Source: Candidatus Omnitrophota bacterium (lineage in GTDB: Bacteria; Omnitrophota; Gorgyraeia; Duberdicusellales; 4484-171). From it: DNA of 64,000 bases. The stretch covers positions 7,851-71,850 of the forward strand of contig JAAEQW010000139.1 in NCBI GenBank assembly GCA_024231025.1, in the 5' to 3' direction. The notes under the pieces were generated by a model. That model was not told the DNA's origin and ran no database searches. It saw only the letters and a list, made by a program, of their open reading frames with translations. Of this stretch, positions 63,985-64,000 are shown one piece after another; the first letter of the stretch is position 1, and every line of letters starts with the position of its first letter. The position numbers were made by a program, and so were the translations under genes.

Positions 63985-63990
63985 TTTTCG

Positions 63991-63996
63991 CTCCTT
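63991..63996 (-). promoter_or_regulatory. Shine-Dalgarno-like AAGGAG, 6 nt upstream of the candidate ATG start at 63984.
   Basis: Reverse complement of ctcctt at 63991-63996. The spacing to the ATG is canonical. However, the upstream in-frame codons still align with the repeat unit found at the starts of modules 2 and 3, so the ORF may continue 5' beyond the window. Confidence 0.45.
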
Positions 63997-64000
63997 AGGG

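Larger units (their letters stand above)
53100..63984 (-). repeat. Three tandem diverged copies of an N-terminal catalytic module (helical N-domain, PRTase-like signature, EEIQIIRFWR(S/K)EWHKS segment, Cof-type HAD units).
   Basis: Module starts align at 63984 (MKITEEMARDVVSTVS), about 58460 (EERESKVTAQVARDIVSAVS) and about 54850 (EERKQEVTAEMVGDIMSAVS). Each module carries the conserved motifs (N/S)GIMF(I/V)(D/E)DWVRTG(G/S) and EEIQIIRFWR(S/K)EWHKSI(E/G)EF(E/K)KGAARLTSE. Confidence 0.7.

Noticed and set aside
1-64000. Reading the window as a multi-gene operon of several large genes separated by stops.
   Set aside because: A codon-by-codon scan of the coding frame found no in-frame stop anywhere between 63984 and 1. 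There is no intergenic region and no internal RBS-plus-stop junction.
1-64000. The locus considered as a eukaryotic contaminant, for example a giant exon, or as a pseudogene remnant.
   Set aside because: It has a Shine-Dalgarno-spaced start, and carries GGDEF, Cmk, Udk and TrpH-type PHP domains. No introns are evident across 64 kb. Catalytic motifs are intact and there is no frameshift. This is inconsistent with both a decayed pseudogene and a eukaryotic origin.

Overview
The whole 64,000-bp window is one uninterrupted open reading frame on the minus strand. Its codons occupy + strand triplets that start at positions congruent to 1 mod 3. I read that frame codon by codon from the ATG at 63984 down to position 1. 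No tta/cta/tca triplet (minus-strand TAA/TAG/TGA) occurs in frame. An AAGGAG lies 6 nt upstream of the ATG. So the window holds at least 21,328 sense codons of a single giant gene, and its stop codon lies beyond the start of the window. The 5' end may also run off the window, because repeat homology continues upstream of the ATG. The sequence is AT-rich, so a stop-free frame of this length cannot arise by chance. The supplied ORF track misses this gene because the ORF has no stop inside the window. Every + strand ORF in the track is a Ser/Leu/Phe-rich low-complexity antisense shadow of the gene, and the few minus-strand ORFs listed are out-of-frame ORFs nested inside it. Catalytic signatures are intact wherever I checked them in detail, and I found no frameshift. 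I therefore read this as a real megaprotein and not a pseudogene. The domain architecture, read from translation N to C (descending coordinates), is as follows.
- 63984-53100: three tandem diverged copies of a module made of a helical N-domain, a phosphoribosyltransferase-like signature and Cof-type HAD phosphatase units.
- ~53060-52000: an unassigned ~330-aa domain.
- 51700-51060: a TrpH-like PHP phosphoesterase domain.
- 50950-50400: a uridine-kinase-like P-loop domain.
- 50200-49880: a DprA/LOG (SLOG)-like domain.
- ~49000-43000: two further PRT-like/HAD modules (modules 4 and 5).
- 42560-38780: three more uridine-kinase-like domains, a second SLOG-like domain and a cytidylate-kinase-like domain.
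- 37700-37050: a HAD-IA-like domain with a variant motif I.
- 36900-34800: two paralogous polytopic membrane domains.
- 29350-29215: an acidic DDFEEGDF tandem repeat.
- 28900-17850: a coiled-coil rod of roughly 10 kb. It is interrupted at 22330-21560 by a membrane-anchored pseudo-receiver unit, and at 21430-20990 by a conserved domain that recurs at 6910-6470.
- 14200-13640: a textbook GGDEF diguanylate cyclase domain with RxxD I-site and RxGGDEF A-site intact.
- 13600-1: about 4,500 further residues of unassigned sequence.
Several module segments are duplicated within the gene at 88-95% DNA identity, which suggests gene conversion and carries a risk of assembly collapse. I saw no rRNA, tRNA, CRISPR array, IS element or intergenic space. 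Functionally, the protein looks like a membrane-tethered array of pyrimidine nucleotide and second-messenger enzymes on a long coiled-coil stalk. Whether the organism is free-living, predatory or an endosymbiont cannot be judged from the sequence alone.
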